In this document: positions 37,055-48,900 of the stretch, piece by piece
How the letters are laid out: the number at the start of each line of letters is the position of its first letter
How positions within the stretch are numbered: position 1 is the first letter of the stretch
IMG/VR virus record: IMGVR_UViG_3300044701_002494
Coordinates: 32,007-96,006 of that record
Strand: one strand, 5' to 3'
DNA length: 64,000 nucleotides
Origin: a virus
The notes under the pieces: model-generated
Told to the model about the DNA's origin: nothing
Databases searched by the model: none
Seen by the model: only the letters and a program-made list of their open reading frames with translations
Made by a program: the position numbers and the translations under genes

Positions 37055-40000
37055 GCTAGTGCAATAGTCCTTAAATCTTTAAATCTTGGAGCTTGTGCTT
37101 GATTTGAAGAAGACATTACTATCTTAATTGCATATCCAGTAAATGGTCCAATATTATTAACACTAAATTCATAATCTTTAAATTCTTCATCTAAACTTGG
37201 AGAAACGTAAATATCAGGAAGACCACTGTTATTTTCCGGATTAACAACATCTAAGAATCCATCATTATTATTGTCAATTGATAAATTATCATATCCTGGG
37301 AATAACTCAAAAGATTGTTCTACCTCACTAGAATCTGGTCTAATTAAACTATATAAAACTCTAAAATCAGAGTCAGCGTGTCTATAGGCAGACACTATAA
37401 CTTTCAATGAGGTTGATGGATTGGAAAGGGAAATGGTATTTGAAATATAATATGCAATATGTGGATCATCAATTAAAGAGTTGACTCTACCATCTTTAGC
37501 ATAGTTAGAAACTGGTAAATTAATTCTAGAGACTCTATAATCTGTAAAACTATCATCCAAGAAAATTTGAGGTGAAAGATAATTATTTGTGGTTGATAAA
37601 GTAATTGCAGTAATACTAGATTTATTTCTAGGCATTGAATCAAGATACTCCTCTTCGTTTACCTTGGAGCAAATAGACCTAACAGATGAAAGTTTATTCA
37701 AACTATTTAATTGAATATCTTCATAACCTTGATCTAAGAAAGAAGTTTCATTTCCATTTACGCTTGTTCCTGTGACTGTTCTAATTCTCGAAGTTAAGAA
37801 AGTAGAAGGTTTTGGAATAATAGAATTATAATAAGGAACTAAAGAATCAAATAATATATTTTCCGATGCATAAACTTTATTTCCACCTGTAGAAACTTCA
37901 CTATTAAATGAAAGTTGTGGTCTAGAAGAAGCATCAGAACTTCTATCATCTCTATCAAATTCAATATAATAACTATCGAGGTCTATGCCAGAGTCACTAA
38001 TATCGTGAGTTGTATTAATCTTTCTTAAAGAGACGCCATTCAATTCATATTTGTAAACAATCTCTCCAGTATAATGATCTATTTGCTTGGTTAAATCTTT
38101 CCCTCTACCAATAACAGTTAATGTTCCAGATTCGCCAGTTCCAGGATTAACTCCTTCATAAGATATAAGTTCATTTCCAACGAGAACATATCCAGTATTA
38201 GCAGATCCAACTGCTACACCTTCAAAAGTTGAAAATATGCTGGTATTAGCAACAGATATTGTCGTTGATGATGAAGTTAAATCTGCATTAAGAGTAGTTG
38301 GCGCATCATTAGGTAAAATTCCTGATATGGAAACCTTATTATTAAGACCATACATTCCATGATTAAAATGCTCAACTTTTGCATAATTTCCAGTGTAGAA
38401 TGATCCAACATCTACAGAACTTGTAATAGCAGTTCCTGCCAATGAAACTCTCGTTCCAGAATTATCATAATAAACTAAAGTTGCAGAACCATCATCAGTA
38501 AATTCTTGTCCTTGAACATTTGATAAGTATAGAGTATCAATACCATTATTATTTCCAAGTATAGTTATTCTTGCATCACTTCCACTAGTTGAGGAAACAG
38601 TTGATGTAACTATACCAACAACATCACCGACTGCATATCCTCTTCCTGAATTTACAACTGAAACTGAAGATATTGCTGAAGTTCCTGCAGAAACATTTGC
38701 AATATTCAATGTTAATCCAGATCCACTTCCAACAATATTATAAGTTTGAACATTGGAACCAGTTGCATAGTTTATTCCACCAGTAGTAATTCCTACACTG
38801 GAAACAGAGCATCCAGTTCCAACAATATATCCATAAATATAGTCTTTTACAGATTCTCCAACTTTCCTTCCAGAAGTTAAAATACTAATTAATCCAGCAT
38901 TGGTAGTTGTAGTAATACCTATGTTTAATTTTTTCGGTAAAGTTGTTATTGGGTTGTTAATCAGATTTTTAACATAACCATTACTTCTATCTAAAGATGG
39001 ATTTGAAAAATATGCTGTTGCTGATGTTGTTGTAAAATCTGCTCTATATAATTTGAATTTAAGATCTTGATTTTGATCTGCTGTCCAAATAGAACCATTC
39101 TGAGATTTGAATAAACTTCCATTTCCCCATTGCTGATTATATGTTTGTTGAACTGGACCTGGAAGATTTTTAGTTTCAACAGTAACTTCATTCATCTGTG
39201 CAATGAACACTTGATATTCAGTGCTTTCTGGAGATAATAAAACTAAAGCATATTCTGCATTTGGTTCAAGATAAATTGGATAATTAAATGTAAATTTAGT
39301 TGGAACAGTTCCATCATCAGAAACATTTATTTGATCTGGATTTAAAGTTACTGAATCACCAATTCTGATCAATGTTGGAGTTCCAAGTTCCATTGTTCTA
39401 ATTTCTACAGTTACTGGAGAATTTGCAGAAGATTTGGTATAAAAATAAATATCAACAGAAGTAATAAAAACTCCATTCGCATCATCTTCATCATTTCCAA
39501 CAATGAATGATTGAGCAAGTGGATCATGATAGTTAACTCTCGTTCTGGTGATTTTCTTCCTAATTCTTCTGGTTTCAATTGTCGTAGGATTTGTTATTGC
39601 ATTTTCATATAATTCTAATGTTCCTTCGGAAGTATAAGTTGTTTCTGCTGAAGAAATACTTGTATCTCCAACTACAGGTTCTTTATTTGTTGAACTTGAT
39701 GAAACTTTAAATGTTTTTGTTCCAGTATTAATTCTAACTAATGGTGCTGGATCAGTGTTAGGATCCCTTAAGAAGAATGTTCCAATTATTGACCCATTAG
39801 CATCAGTGATTAGTCTTCTTTTAGAAACGTAGGCAATTGCATTACTATTTTGACCAACAAGAACTGTTCCTTCTACGACATATCCAGAGTAAAGACCTTG
39901 TGCCTCATTAGAAAGAGAGAAAGTATCTACATTTAATGTTGAGGAAGATTGACTATATTCGTCAGGTATAGTCTCTGTCTTTTTATATGGATTTAATGAA

Positions 40001-43000
40001 TATCTGTAGGAAGGATTATTATATGGTCCTAGTTTATGGTTAGAAACTGCAACTCTGAAAGAAATTATCTCATCATTTGTCACTGGATCATATCCAATTA
40101 CTGTTTCTCCAACTTCAAAAATACCAGATGAACCAGAAGTTGATAAAGTATTATCTGGGGATATTTCTAAAAGTTTAGGGACAAAATCAACAGAAGCGTT
40201 TCCATCAATAAATTGATAGTATTCAACAAAAGATTTTAAATTAGAAATTACAAACTCAGTATTTCTAGATCTCATGTATTCTTCCGGTCTTGAAGAAATT
40301 AAAGATCTTGTTGAAGAACTTTCTGTTTCTACATATGAACTAGTAATTCGCTTTTTAACAGTTTTTATTGTTTTATCTTTTTGCGATTCTTTTGTGCGTA
40401 ATATTGTTTTATTTTTTCTTTTCCTAATAACTTCTTTATCTTTAACAACCAAATAATTTGTAATACTTACCGTCCTGTCGGGTAATTCAATAGTTCTGAC
40501 CCAAGAATCACTTGAAGGTGATAATGTAACTATTCCTCTTACAACTGAAACGTGGAATGGATTAATATTTTCTACCCTAGTCGCTAATAATTGTGAAATC
40601 CACTCTACAGAATCATATTTTAATGTAATAGAATCTCCAGTTTTTTGGACATTTGAGTCTAATAATTCATAATTTGCTGATAAATCAATGACTTCATTAG
40701 TAAGATTTTCTTTGGGAATTAGGTAATTCTTTAAACTATTTCTAGAAATAATTGGAGTTAATTCTTTTGTTGAAGGATTAACCTCACATAGGGATAAATC
40801 CAAATTAACTCTATTATTATCATTGAAATCATCAACAAAAAATCCAGTTTTATACCTGTTTAACCCTTGAGCATCTTGGATTTGAAAAGTTTCTGTTTTT
40901 AATTCTAATAATGAAAGTGAAGTAACAGTCTCTAAATTTTTAACCCTGGCTTCAATTTTTCCAATATCTCTCATAGTATATCTCTTATTATCCACAAGAG
41001 TTATAACAGCATCTGAAATATTATAAAGATATGGTGGTAATGATATAGACGCTAACTCCATCAAATCTCCAGTTTCTTCCTGAGAAGAAGGATTATCTGC
41101 AGAAACTCCAGCATTATAAACAAAAGAACCAACCTTATCTAAGAATAACTTATCAACTCTACCCAAATAATAACTATAACTCACTATGGAACTTTCATCG
41201 GGTGCCAAATTAAGTTTAATTGAGGAACTAAAGTCTCTACTGGAAAAATCAAATGGTGAAGAAGTCGTTACTGTGAATGGTGCTACTCTTGGTCTAAAAT
41301 CTAAAGTATCAGAAGCTCTTATCTCTTTTGCACCAAGAGAGGGTATGTCTTGAGAAAACCTTTCTCCATCATAACTTAATACTGTAAAAACGTCACCATT
41401 ATCATTCTGAGGAACTGTGTAGTAATCGAAGACGATTAAAAGTCTCTTAGAAGGTTCAGACTCTCCACGATTTCTAATAATACTTGAATAATCATAGTAT
41501 TGCTCTTTCTGTCCTTTATCAATAGTGAATCTATTAGTTATATTATTATATTTTCCTAAAGTTATACTCTTTAATGCAGGTTTAATACTAGACTCTAAGA
41601 AACTTATATTTTCTCCAATAATAAACTTATTACTATTTAAATAAACAATACCAATAGAAGTTGAAGTTTTAGAAACAACTCTAGCTGCCGCATTACTATT
41701 AGTTCCAAAAATATTTTCCCCAACAATAGCATTATCGCCAACATTTGATAAAACATCAAAATTTAAAGTATCTAATGTTGGATTAGAGGAATCCAGAGAT
41801 TCATAAATTGCTAAAACTTTTACCACGTCTGGATAATTTAATGAAATCTTCTCATCTTGGACTCTTAACCCATAATAATTATTATAAGACAAACCGTCAT
41901 TTATAGATTGATTGGCAGTTGTTCCAGACTCTGGGTATTTTGAATAAATTACATTGATAGTTTGACTTCTGTTATATTGTTTTAATTTACTTTGAACACC
42001 ATTTTTAATAAATGTTGCATTAACACTGGATGTTACTTTACCACTTGGCAGTTTACTTAATGTTACTAAATTATTGGATAATGAAAATTTATCTGGAGTT
42101 AAATTTTCTGTAGTCCCATCATTATAATGAACTGAATATCTTTCTTCATCAAATGGAGAAAATAGTGCAGTAGATAATCCTGAAGGTAAAGAAAAATCCG
42201 AAACAGATAAAGTTATTTGCCCCGAAGTAACTGTCTTTTCTGTAGTTGACTGAGCAGTAAAAGTTAAAATTGAATCGTTTAAATCAACTGATGAGATATT
42301 GGAATTGGGCAACTCTGCATATAAGAATCCTTTTTCGGATGACTTTATTTGAGGAGAACCTATAAAGAATGTAACACCAGTGGTTACTCCAACAGAACCA
42401 TCACAAACACCGGAAACTGAAGGAATACTACTGACAGACATTGAAGAACCTGTCTCATTTATAGAAACTACTTTATTATAAGATTCTGTAGTAGATCCTT
42501 GTTTTTGATAACGAATAATAGAACCTATCTTAATCCTATCAAAAAACTTACCCGGAGATGTTACATTACCACTACCATCAATTGATATTTGTGCATCAAA
42601 TTGCGTAAATCCTGGGGGAGTGTTTTTAGTTAAAACAGAATCTGCTAAAAACGCAGTGGTAAATCCAGAAACTGAAGTTGGTTGATACAATTGCTTAATA
42701 TCATTTGTATCATAAACTACTATTGAACTAATAATTCCGGATTTATTTTCTATTCCATTTATTAAAATTTGCTCATTTTGAATGAATGTTCCAGATGTTT
42801 GTCTCAAAGTTATAACAGAACCTGTTCCCTGATCAATAGAATATCCACTTGCACCACTACTTTTACCTTTAATTTGGAAAGAAGTGTTTATTCCTAAAGA
42901 TGAAATACTCACATTTAATGTGAGTTTGGTGTATGTTTGTATATCATATAAGTATAAATCCCAATTTGTTGTTTGGTCTTCATACGCTGAGTCTGTTAAT

Positions 43001-44325
43001 TGATAATTATAAACTCTAGCATCTCCAACTTTAGTAGTGGAAGATGGATTTCCACTTGAAGATCTTCTTTCGGAATGAAGTTCTATAGATTTATTTTGTT
43101 TTGGTGATCCATCAACATTATTAACTACAATAAGATTGCCCATTTCAAATGGAACGTTTACATTATTAACGCTTTGTGTTTGTCTTGGTTTTTGAACATC
43201 AATTATAGAGGTTGTTGTTTTTTCAATATCGTATCCTTTAACAAATGCTTTTCCAGGAGAAAGTTTTACGCACATCAAATTATCTGAAGGATCATCTCCC
43301 TGCTCAGTTTTTTGAGTATCAAAAAACAAACCATCGCTTCCAATTCCATCATTTAATGAATTGTGCAATGACACTTTAAAGGGAATTACTGCATAATTTC
43401 CAGATTCATCATATGTTCTTTGTGCGAGATAATCTCTAATTAAAGAATAATCAGTTTTTATATTTAACTTTTTAATTATACCATTTTCAACTCTAAGAAG
43501 TTCAATAAAATTGGAATCATTATCTACACTGTCTAAAGATTTTTTAACCAAAGTTAAACTTATTTTAAGTCTATCTGCACCAGGTGCTGCATAGTTATTA
43601 AATCCCTTTGCATTATCATAAAGTGAAGAGTCATCCTTAGCAGTTATAATTTCTTCACTTACATTTAACCCTACTTTATATGATGGTAAATTAGAATATT
43701 GGTCTAAAATAATAGTTTGCTTTACAACCGATACAAAAGTTCCTCTTACAAAATAAATTCCATTGTCAATTGAAGCTGCAGAACCTATTGAAGTAGCATC
43801 TGAGGATATTAGAGAAGCAAATGGTGTTCCTGCAGTAATTGTTGTATTTCCATAAACAACATTTTCTTCACAAATAATTGATTCTCCATCTTGAAATTGG
43901 GAGATAGTGAAATCAGAACTTCCACTGACATACTTTACAAATATTGTGGCATACTCTAATTGGTTACTATCATCTGGAATATCAACTTTTTGTATTTCTG
44001 CAACAATTCCCGATACTTGACCACTTATTCGTTTACCAACATATTGATTTAAGTATAAGGAAACATTTACACCAAAATTCTTAGCATTTAATTTAACTGC
44101 ATAAAATTCTGGGTCATAAGTTAAGTTTCCTGGTATAACTACAGAACCATCCTTAAATATATGTTTTCCAAAAGATTCTACTTGATTCTGTAAAATTGAT
44201 TGAATAGTATTTAATTCCCTAGTCTGTATAGGTCTTCCTGGATTGAAAAGAACTTTATAAAAATTCTTTTGCAAGTCAAAATCATCAAAATATGGACTTA
44301 CATTTAGATTTGTTTTTTGTGCCAT
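37051..44325 (-). CDS. Large virion structural protein (VrlC/DUF4815-like)
   Basis: 2424 aa; NLNVSPYFDDF, QTRELNTIQS, APGADR, GFFVDDF, DPLAQSF, PRFKDLRTIALA. Confidence 0.85.
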   Translation of the reverse strand: MAQKTNLNVSPYFDDFDLQKNFYKVLFNPGRPIQTRELNTIQSILQNQVESFGKHIFKDGSVVIPGNLTYDPEFYAVKLNAKNFGVNVSLYLNQYVGKRISGQVSGIVAEIQKVDIPDDSNQLEYATIFVKYVSGSSDFTISQFQDGESIICEENVVYGNTTITAGTPFASLISSDATSIGSAASIDNGIYFVRGTFVSVVKQTIILDQYSNLPSYKVGLNVSEEIITAKDDSSLYDNAKGFNNYAAPGADRLKISLTLVKKSLDSVDNDSNFIELLRVENGIIKKLNIKTDYSLIRDYLAQRTYDESGNYAVIPFKVSLHNSLNDGIGSDGLFFDTQKTEQGDDPSDNLMCVKLSPGKAFVKGYDIEKTTTSIIDVQKPRQTQSVNNVNVPFEMGNLIVVNNVDGSPKQNKSIELHSERRSSSGNPSSTTKVGDARVYNYQLTDSAYEDQTTNWDLYLYDIQTYTKLTLNVSISSLGINTSFQIKGKSSGASGYSIDQGTGSVITLRQTSGTFIQNEQILINGIENKSGIISSIVVYDTNDIKQLYQPTSVSGFTTAFLADSVLTKNTPPGFTQFDAQISIDGSGNVTSPGKFFDRIKIGSIIRYQKQGSTTESYNKVVSINETGSSMSVSSIPSVSGVCDGSVGVTTGVTFFIGSPQIKSSEKGFLYAELPNSNISSVDLNDSILTFTAQSTTEKTVTSGQITLSVSDFSLPSGLSTALFSPFDEERYSVHYNDGTTENLTPDKFSLSNNLVTLSKLPSGKVTSSVNATFIKNGVQSKLKQYNRSQTINVIYSKYPESGTTANQSINDGLSYNNYYGLRVQDEKISLNYPDVVKVLAIYESLDSSNPTLDTLNFDVLSNVGDNAIVGENIFGTNSNAAARVVSKTSTSIGIVYLNSNKFIIGENISFLESSIKPALKSITLGKYNNITNRFTIDKGQKEQYYDYSSIIRNRGESEPSKRLLIVFDYYTVPQNDNGDVFTVLSYDGERFSQDIPSLGAKEIRASDTLDFRPRVAPFTVTTSSPFDFSSRDFSSSIKLNLAPDESSIVSYSYYLGRVDKLFLDKVGSFVYNAGVSADNPSSQEETGDLMELASISLPPYLYNISDAVITLVDNKRYTMRDIGKIEARVKNLETVTSLSLLELKTETFQIQDAQGLNRYKTGFFVDDFNDNNRVNLDLSLCEVNPSTKELTPIISRNSLKNYLIPKENLTNEVIDLSANYELLDSNVQKTGDSITLKYDSVEWISQLLATRVENINPFHVSVVRGIVTLSPSSDSWVRTIELPDRTVSITNYLVVKDKEVIRKRKNKTILRTKESQKDKTIKTVKKRITSSYVETESSSTRSLISSRPEEYMRSRNTEFVISNLKSFVEYYQFIDGNASVDFVPKLLEISPDNTLSTSGSSGIFEVGETVIGYDPVTNDEIISFRVAVSNHKLGPYNNPSYRYSLNPYKKTETIPDEYSQSSSTLNVDTFSLSNEAQGLYSGYVVEGTVLVGQNSNAIAYVSKRRLITDANGSIIGTFFLRDPNTDPAPLVRINTGTKTFKVSSSSTNKEPVVGDTSISSAETTYTSEGTLELYENAITNPTTIETRRIRKKITRTRVNYHDPLAQSFIVGNDEDDANGVFITSVDIYFYTKSSANSPVTVEIRTMELGTPTLIRIGDSVTLNPDQINVSDDGTVPTKFTFNYPIYLEPNAEYALVLLSPESTEYQVFIAQMNEVTVETKNLPGPVQQTYNQQWGNGSLFKSQNGSIWTADQNQDLKFKLYRADFTTTSATAYFSNPSLDRSNGYVKNLINNPITTLPKKLNIGITTTTNAGLISILTSGRKVGESVKDYIYGYIVGTGCSVSSVGITTGGINYATGSNVQTYNIVGSGSGLTLNIANVSAGTSAISSVSVVNSGRGYAVGDVVGIVTSTVSSTSGSDARITILGNNNGIDTLYLSNVQGQEFTDDGSATLVYYDNSGTRVSLAGTAITSSVDVGSFYTGNYAKVEHFNHGMYGLNNKVSISGILPNDAPTTLNADLTSSSTTISVANTSIFSTFEGVAVGSANTGYVLVGNELISYEGVNPGTGESGTLTVIGRGKDLTKQIDHYTGEIVYKYELNGVSLRKINTTHDISDSGIDLDSYYIEFDRDDRSSDASSRPQLSFNSEVSTGGNKVYASENILFDSLVPYYNSIIPKPSTFLTSRIRTVTGTSVNGNETSFLDQGYEDIQLNSLNKLSSVRSICSKVNEEEYLDSMPRNKSSITAITLSTTNNYLSPQIFLDDSFTDYRVSRINLPVSNYAKDGRVNSLIDDPHIAYYISNTISLSNPSTSLKVIVSAYRHADSDFRVLYSLIRPDSSEVEQSFELFPGYDNLSIDNNNDGFLDVVNPENNSGLPDIYVSPSLDEEFKDYEFSVNNIGPFTGYAIKIVMSSSNQAQAPRFKDLRTIALA

Positions 44326-44328
44326 TTT

Positions 44329-45903
44329 TTAGAATTCCAGGATAATTTTAACGTCTTCTTTTTGTCTAGTGTTTCGGGCAATCAAAGGTCTATTATCAAT
44401 ATAAATGATATCCCCGCTCTTTTTATTTATTTCAGGATTTGCCAACCCATAAACAAAATTTACACCTAGATTAATTATTTTAGTATTTACTGTAGTTGTA
44501 ATTCCACTAAATCCAGTATCTATAGTGTATACAAATCCACTTGTTTGACCAGTAAGAGACCCACCATTAGTTGTAATCCCTACATTTGCGTTAGCAGAAG
44601 AAGAAACTCCTACGTAATCTGTTTGATCGTGTGAAGTTTGGTTATAGTATAAAGATCTATCTTTAAAATATTTTAAAACTTTAGTTTCACTATCATACGA
44701 TGCAACATATCCAACAGCAGATGTATTTTGTTGTATAAATTTTTCACCTACTTCTGGTAAATATGCATTGGTTCCTAAAATTTTAACTGAATATAACCCA
44801 GTAAAACTACCATCAGTATATACTTCACTTGAATCAAATTTTGTTGGATTTTTAACAATCCCTATCTGGCAAAATTTAGTATCAATTGGAAAATCTCTTG
44901 TGGAATCGTCAAATCTAGCATAGATTAATACTTTATCGGCACCAAGTTCTTTATATAAATCATATCCATGTCCCTTAGATGGTGGGATGATAGGTATGAG
45001 TTTTGCTTTTGTGAAGCTTCCGCCCGGTTGAAGTGATCCAAGATCAACTATCCCATAAGTATAATCTTTACCACCATTTGAAACGGTTGTATTAGTTATA
45101 TTACCTGCACTATTTGTTTCTATCAAAACAGTACCACCAGTTCCATCACCTAGAATATCAACTTCTATTCCTCCAGAAGTTGTTGCACTATATCCAATTC
45201 CCTGTGTTTCAATATAAACAGTTTTTATTTGATTCTCAGTAATCGAAGAATTGCCGTTTTCTCTAACCGAAACTATTTGACTGTCCGTAGAAGTATCCCA
45301 ATCATTGGGTAAAGTAATATACTCTGTAGAATCAAATTTTACAATATCTCCGGGGGAAACTGTAAATAAGTATTTCCAAATATATCCATCTTCACCAGTT
45401 CCCGCCGATGAGGGTTCTAAGTCTGTAAATGTTGGTTTAAACTCTGATGGATTTCCTGTAGTCTTTATGCCACTCGAACCATTTTCAATACATATGTAAA
45501 CTTTATACTCATCAGTTATAACATAATAATTACTATCATATAGTCTAGGCGTTTGTGATATTGGACTTAGATTTTCAATATTATAATCATGGCGATACAT
45601 ATCGTATCTTGTTTGACTTACCCAATCAACTCTTTTAATAGCTCTTCTTACACTTGAAGATGTAATTCTCTTTCCAAACAATAAAGTATCTTGATATTGA
45701 GTTGAATAGTCAAGATTATCAGTTGGATTTGGAACAATCCCATTCGATACTCCTGGACCATCCCATTTAGTATCTCTAGCAAAACCAGTATATATGCCCG
45801 GATTGGACAATCCAACCCAAACATAGTAAGAATCATTTTCAAGAGACTCTATGAAATTAGAAGCGTTTAAAATCCTAAATTGATCTGAAACAAGTGCAGA
45901 CAT
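44329..45903 (-). CDS. gp8: Baseplate wedge subunit
   Basis: YDMYRHDY, VYICIEN, DGYIWKYLF, GHG, SGDIIYIDNR..QKEDVKIILEF; TATAAATA at 45925-45932. Confidence 0.9.
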   Translation of the reverse strand: MSALVSDQFRILNASNFIESLENDSYYVWVGLSNPGIYTGFARDTKWDGPGVSNGIVPNPTDNLDYSTQYQDTLLFGKRITSSSVRRAIKRVDWVSQTRYDMYRHDYNIENLSPISQTPRLYDSNYYVITDEYKVYICIENGSSGIKTTGNPSEFKPTFTDLEPSSAGTGEDGYIWKYLFTVSPGDIVKFDSTEYITLPNDWDTSTDSQIVSVRENGNSSITENQIKTVYIETQGIGYSATTSGGIEVDILGDGTGGTVLIETNSAGNITNTTVSNGGKDYTYGIVDLGSLQPGGSFTKAKLIPIIPPSKGHGYDLYKELGADKVLIYARFDDSTRDFPIDTKFCQIGIVKNPTKFDSSEVYTDGSFTGLYSVKILGTNAYLPEVGEKFIQQNTSAVGYVASYDSETKVLKYFKDRSLYYNQTSHDQTDYVGVSSSANANVGITTNGGSLTGQTSGFVYTIDTGFSGITTTVNTKIINLGVNFVYGLANPEINKKSGDIIYIDNRPLIARNTRQKEDVKIILEF

Positions 45904-45937
45904 TTATATAATTCTTTTTTTTTCTATTTATATTATC

Positions 45938-48900
45938 TTATGGATCATTTTTCACCAATGCACCCGTATATCTCAATCCATTTCCTCTTCTCTGAATAAT
46001 TGGATATGTTGTCAATCCCGCACTATAACCCTCAGAAGTTATTCCTATACTTGAAGTATATCCACTAACTCCAATGGAAATTGGGGAACTTGATCTAGTA
46101 AATCCAGAAAGTCTCCCCCATGACAGTTTACCCACGGGGGCATTTGAAGTTCCAGTTGTTGCAATTCCAACAATTGAAGTATTTGATGCTATGTTGCAAG
46201 TTACAATTCCCGAAGAAGATGCATGGACATAATAGACGTTATTGACAAATGAAGTGCTAATAGAAACAATATTACTATCATTACTATCAACAGAAGTTAC
46301 TCCACTTCCAACCCCAGTGCCAGAAACGTAGATTGCATATCCAACGCTTAATGATGGATTTTCAGAAACTGCGAATTCTAAAGCTAATGGATGACCACCA
46401 ATACCTGTTGTTGTTGCAATACCGACAATATTAACAACTTTACCTTGAACAGATGTAATATCTTTGATAATTTCTACATTACCAGATGCTTGTTGTGCCG
46501 AATGATTAATTATAATTGCATTTAAATTATCAAGATCATTTTCATAATCAAATAATTCTGAATTATCTACAAATATTTCTGTAGATAAAGTTGTAATGTC
46601 TTTAATAATATTTGCTGTTGGGTAAACTTGACCCTCTAAAGAATCTCTAGATTTAGATACTGAGTCTCCGAAGATAATTAAATCTCTTTTTTGTTTTTCC
46701 CAACTAATAGGTTTATAATTAACTTCATCAATTCCCTGTTCATAATATAAATTAGTTTCAAGGGTATCGGTTTTAGTGATGTCGTAAACTATCCTTTTCT
46801 CTTGAGTTGTAGTATTTTCAATTAAATTATTATTACTAAAAACTTGTATAGTATCTCCAATTTTTAAACTTTCTTCAACACTAACATTTTTGCTATCAGT
46901 TCCACTAGTTCCCCTATAGAAAAATACTTGAATCTCATCTTCTTCTTTTGGTGACTCTATAAAACTAAAAGAAGTTCCACCCTCAAAAGTATATGCTTCA
47001 TTTGGTTGTTGCAAAATACCATTTATAAAAATAACTAATAAAGATGAAAAATCTATTAGAGCAGAATCTTCGTTGGTTTCATCAATTTCAAAACTCAGTA
47101 GTTGTGAATTATAGTAAAGTGGGAATCTTTTTCTAACACCATCTTGATATTCTTTTATAGAATCAATATAATCTAGTTCACCAAATTGCCAAGAACCGAA
47201 AGAATCATTAAACTCTTCAAGAACTGTAATTTCAAATTCACTTACTGGAGAAGATAATCCTTTATCAGTAACTAATCCGACCGGTTTAAAAACATCACCT
47301 CTTTTAAATCCATATCCATTTCTTACAATATTAAAAGATTTAACTTCAAATAAAGTTGATCCAATACCAACTGATGTTGAACTTGCCCCAACTTCAACAT
47401 TTAATAATAATCCAGAACCAGTTTCAGTAGTCGCTCCAACACCTAATCTTGAAACACCAATGACAGGAAGATTTTCATAGGATGGTGAAGGGATAGAAAT
47501 AATCGGATTTGTGTACCCAGATCCACCACTAACTAAGTTAAATGATAATGTACCTCCTACACCTACAGTAGCAGTAATTGAACCTACAGAACCAGTATGA
47601 CCAGATTCAGTTACTGTGATAGGGACAGGAGATCTATAACCAGAACCAATATTAGATATCCCAATGCCAATAATTGTGCCACCAGAAACAATAGCAGTTG
47701 CAGATGCTCCAACAAGTGGTGCATATCCCAGTCCAGGTGTCGATCCATAAGAAATAATAATACCACCTCTAGGGATTTGATTTAGGTTTACATCTGTTAT
47801 AGATGTGTATTGATCACCATTACCTAACTTAACACCAGTAAAGACTATTGAAGATATACCGGAAATAGTGTCTTCTTGAATAGAGAAATTATTTCCAGAG
47901 TTATTTTGAGTTGTTGGTGCTTGAAAAACTCCATTAATAAAAACTATTCCATTTGAACCATCTGTTCCAATACCAGTAACATCATTTCCTTTATTCTTAA
48001 GTGTAAATGTTTGTCCGATACCATTAAATTGATCCGAAACATCATCGTAAATTAAATTCGTAGAATAATTATTCCTTAAGAAAACTCTTCCATGGAATTG
48101 AGATTTTTGTAAAGGTAAATTGGATGAAGTAGAAAATCCAGATGTTTCTTCTGTTTCACCATATGGTGATTCGGTAAAGAAAATTTTGTTTCCTACAATG
48201 TTATAGGATCCTCTATAAACCCTCGATTCTGTAGTGTCGGTATGTGCAACCGCAACAGAACCTAAAGCGCCCCTAGTAACCTCTACGAGAGGAACTGATC
48301 CAGTAAATGTAATAGGACCTATAGAAGTTGTTCCAAATCCCACATTTTCAACAACAACGTATTCATTTTCAATCTTTAATAAATCATTTGGTATAATAGA
48401 GGTAATGCCACTTAATGCAAAAACAGTAGTTCCTATTCCAATTTGACCACCATTTCCAGATAATGTGTATAACAATGATGTGTATGCTATTGGGTACTGA
48501 ACCATATTATTCACTGCTATCAAAGATTTTTCATTCTTATTATACATTTCAATTTGATGTTCAGTTCCAACTCCAACAGATGTAAAAGACACTGCTATAC
48601 CTTGAGATGCATATTCTGGTCTAGTAGAAACCTTAAATGAATTTACATCTGTTTTAATCGCCCATAATCTATTTGGTAAGATTGTGGTTACTATTCCAAG
48701 ATAATCTGATGTAGCACCAATTCCCATAGAAGTTCCGCCATTACCAGGGGAATATGTTAGTTCCTCTCCTGTAACAAAAAAGTGATTGTCAATGTTAATT
48801 GTACCGGTATTTTCAGCACCAACTGAATCAATAATGGTATTGTCTGATGGATCAAAAACTTTTGAAAATATTGGAATTCCTTTATAAAATGTTTCAAATT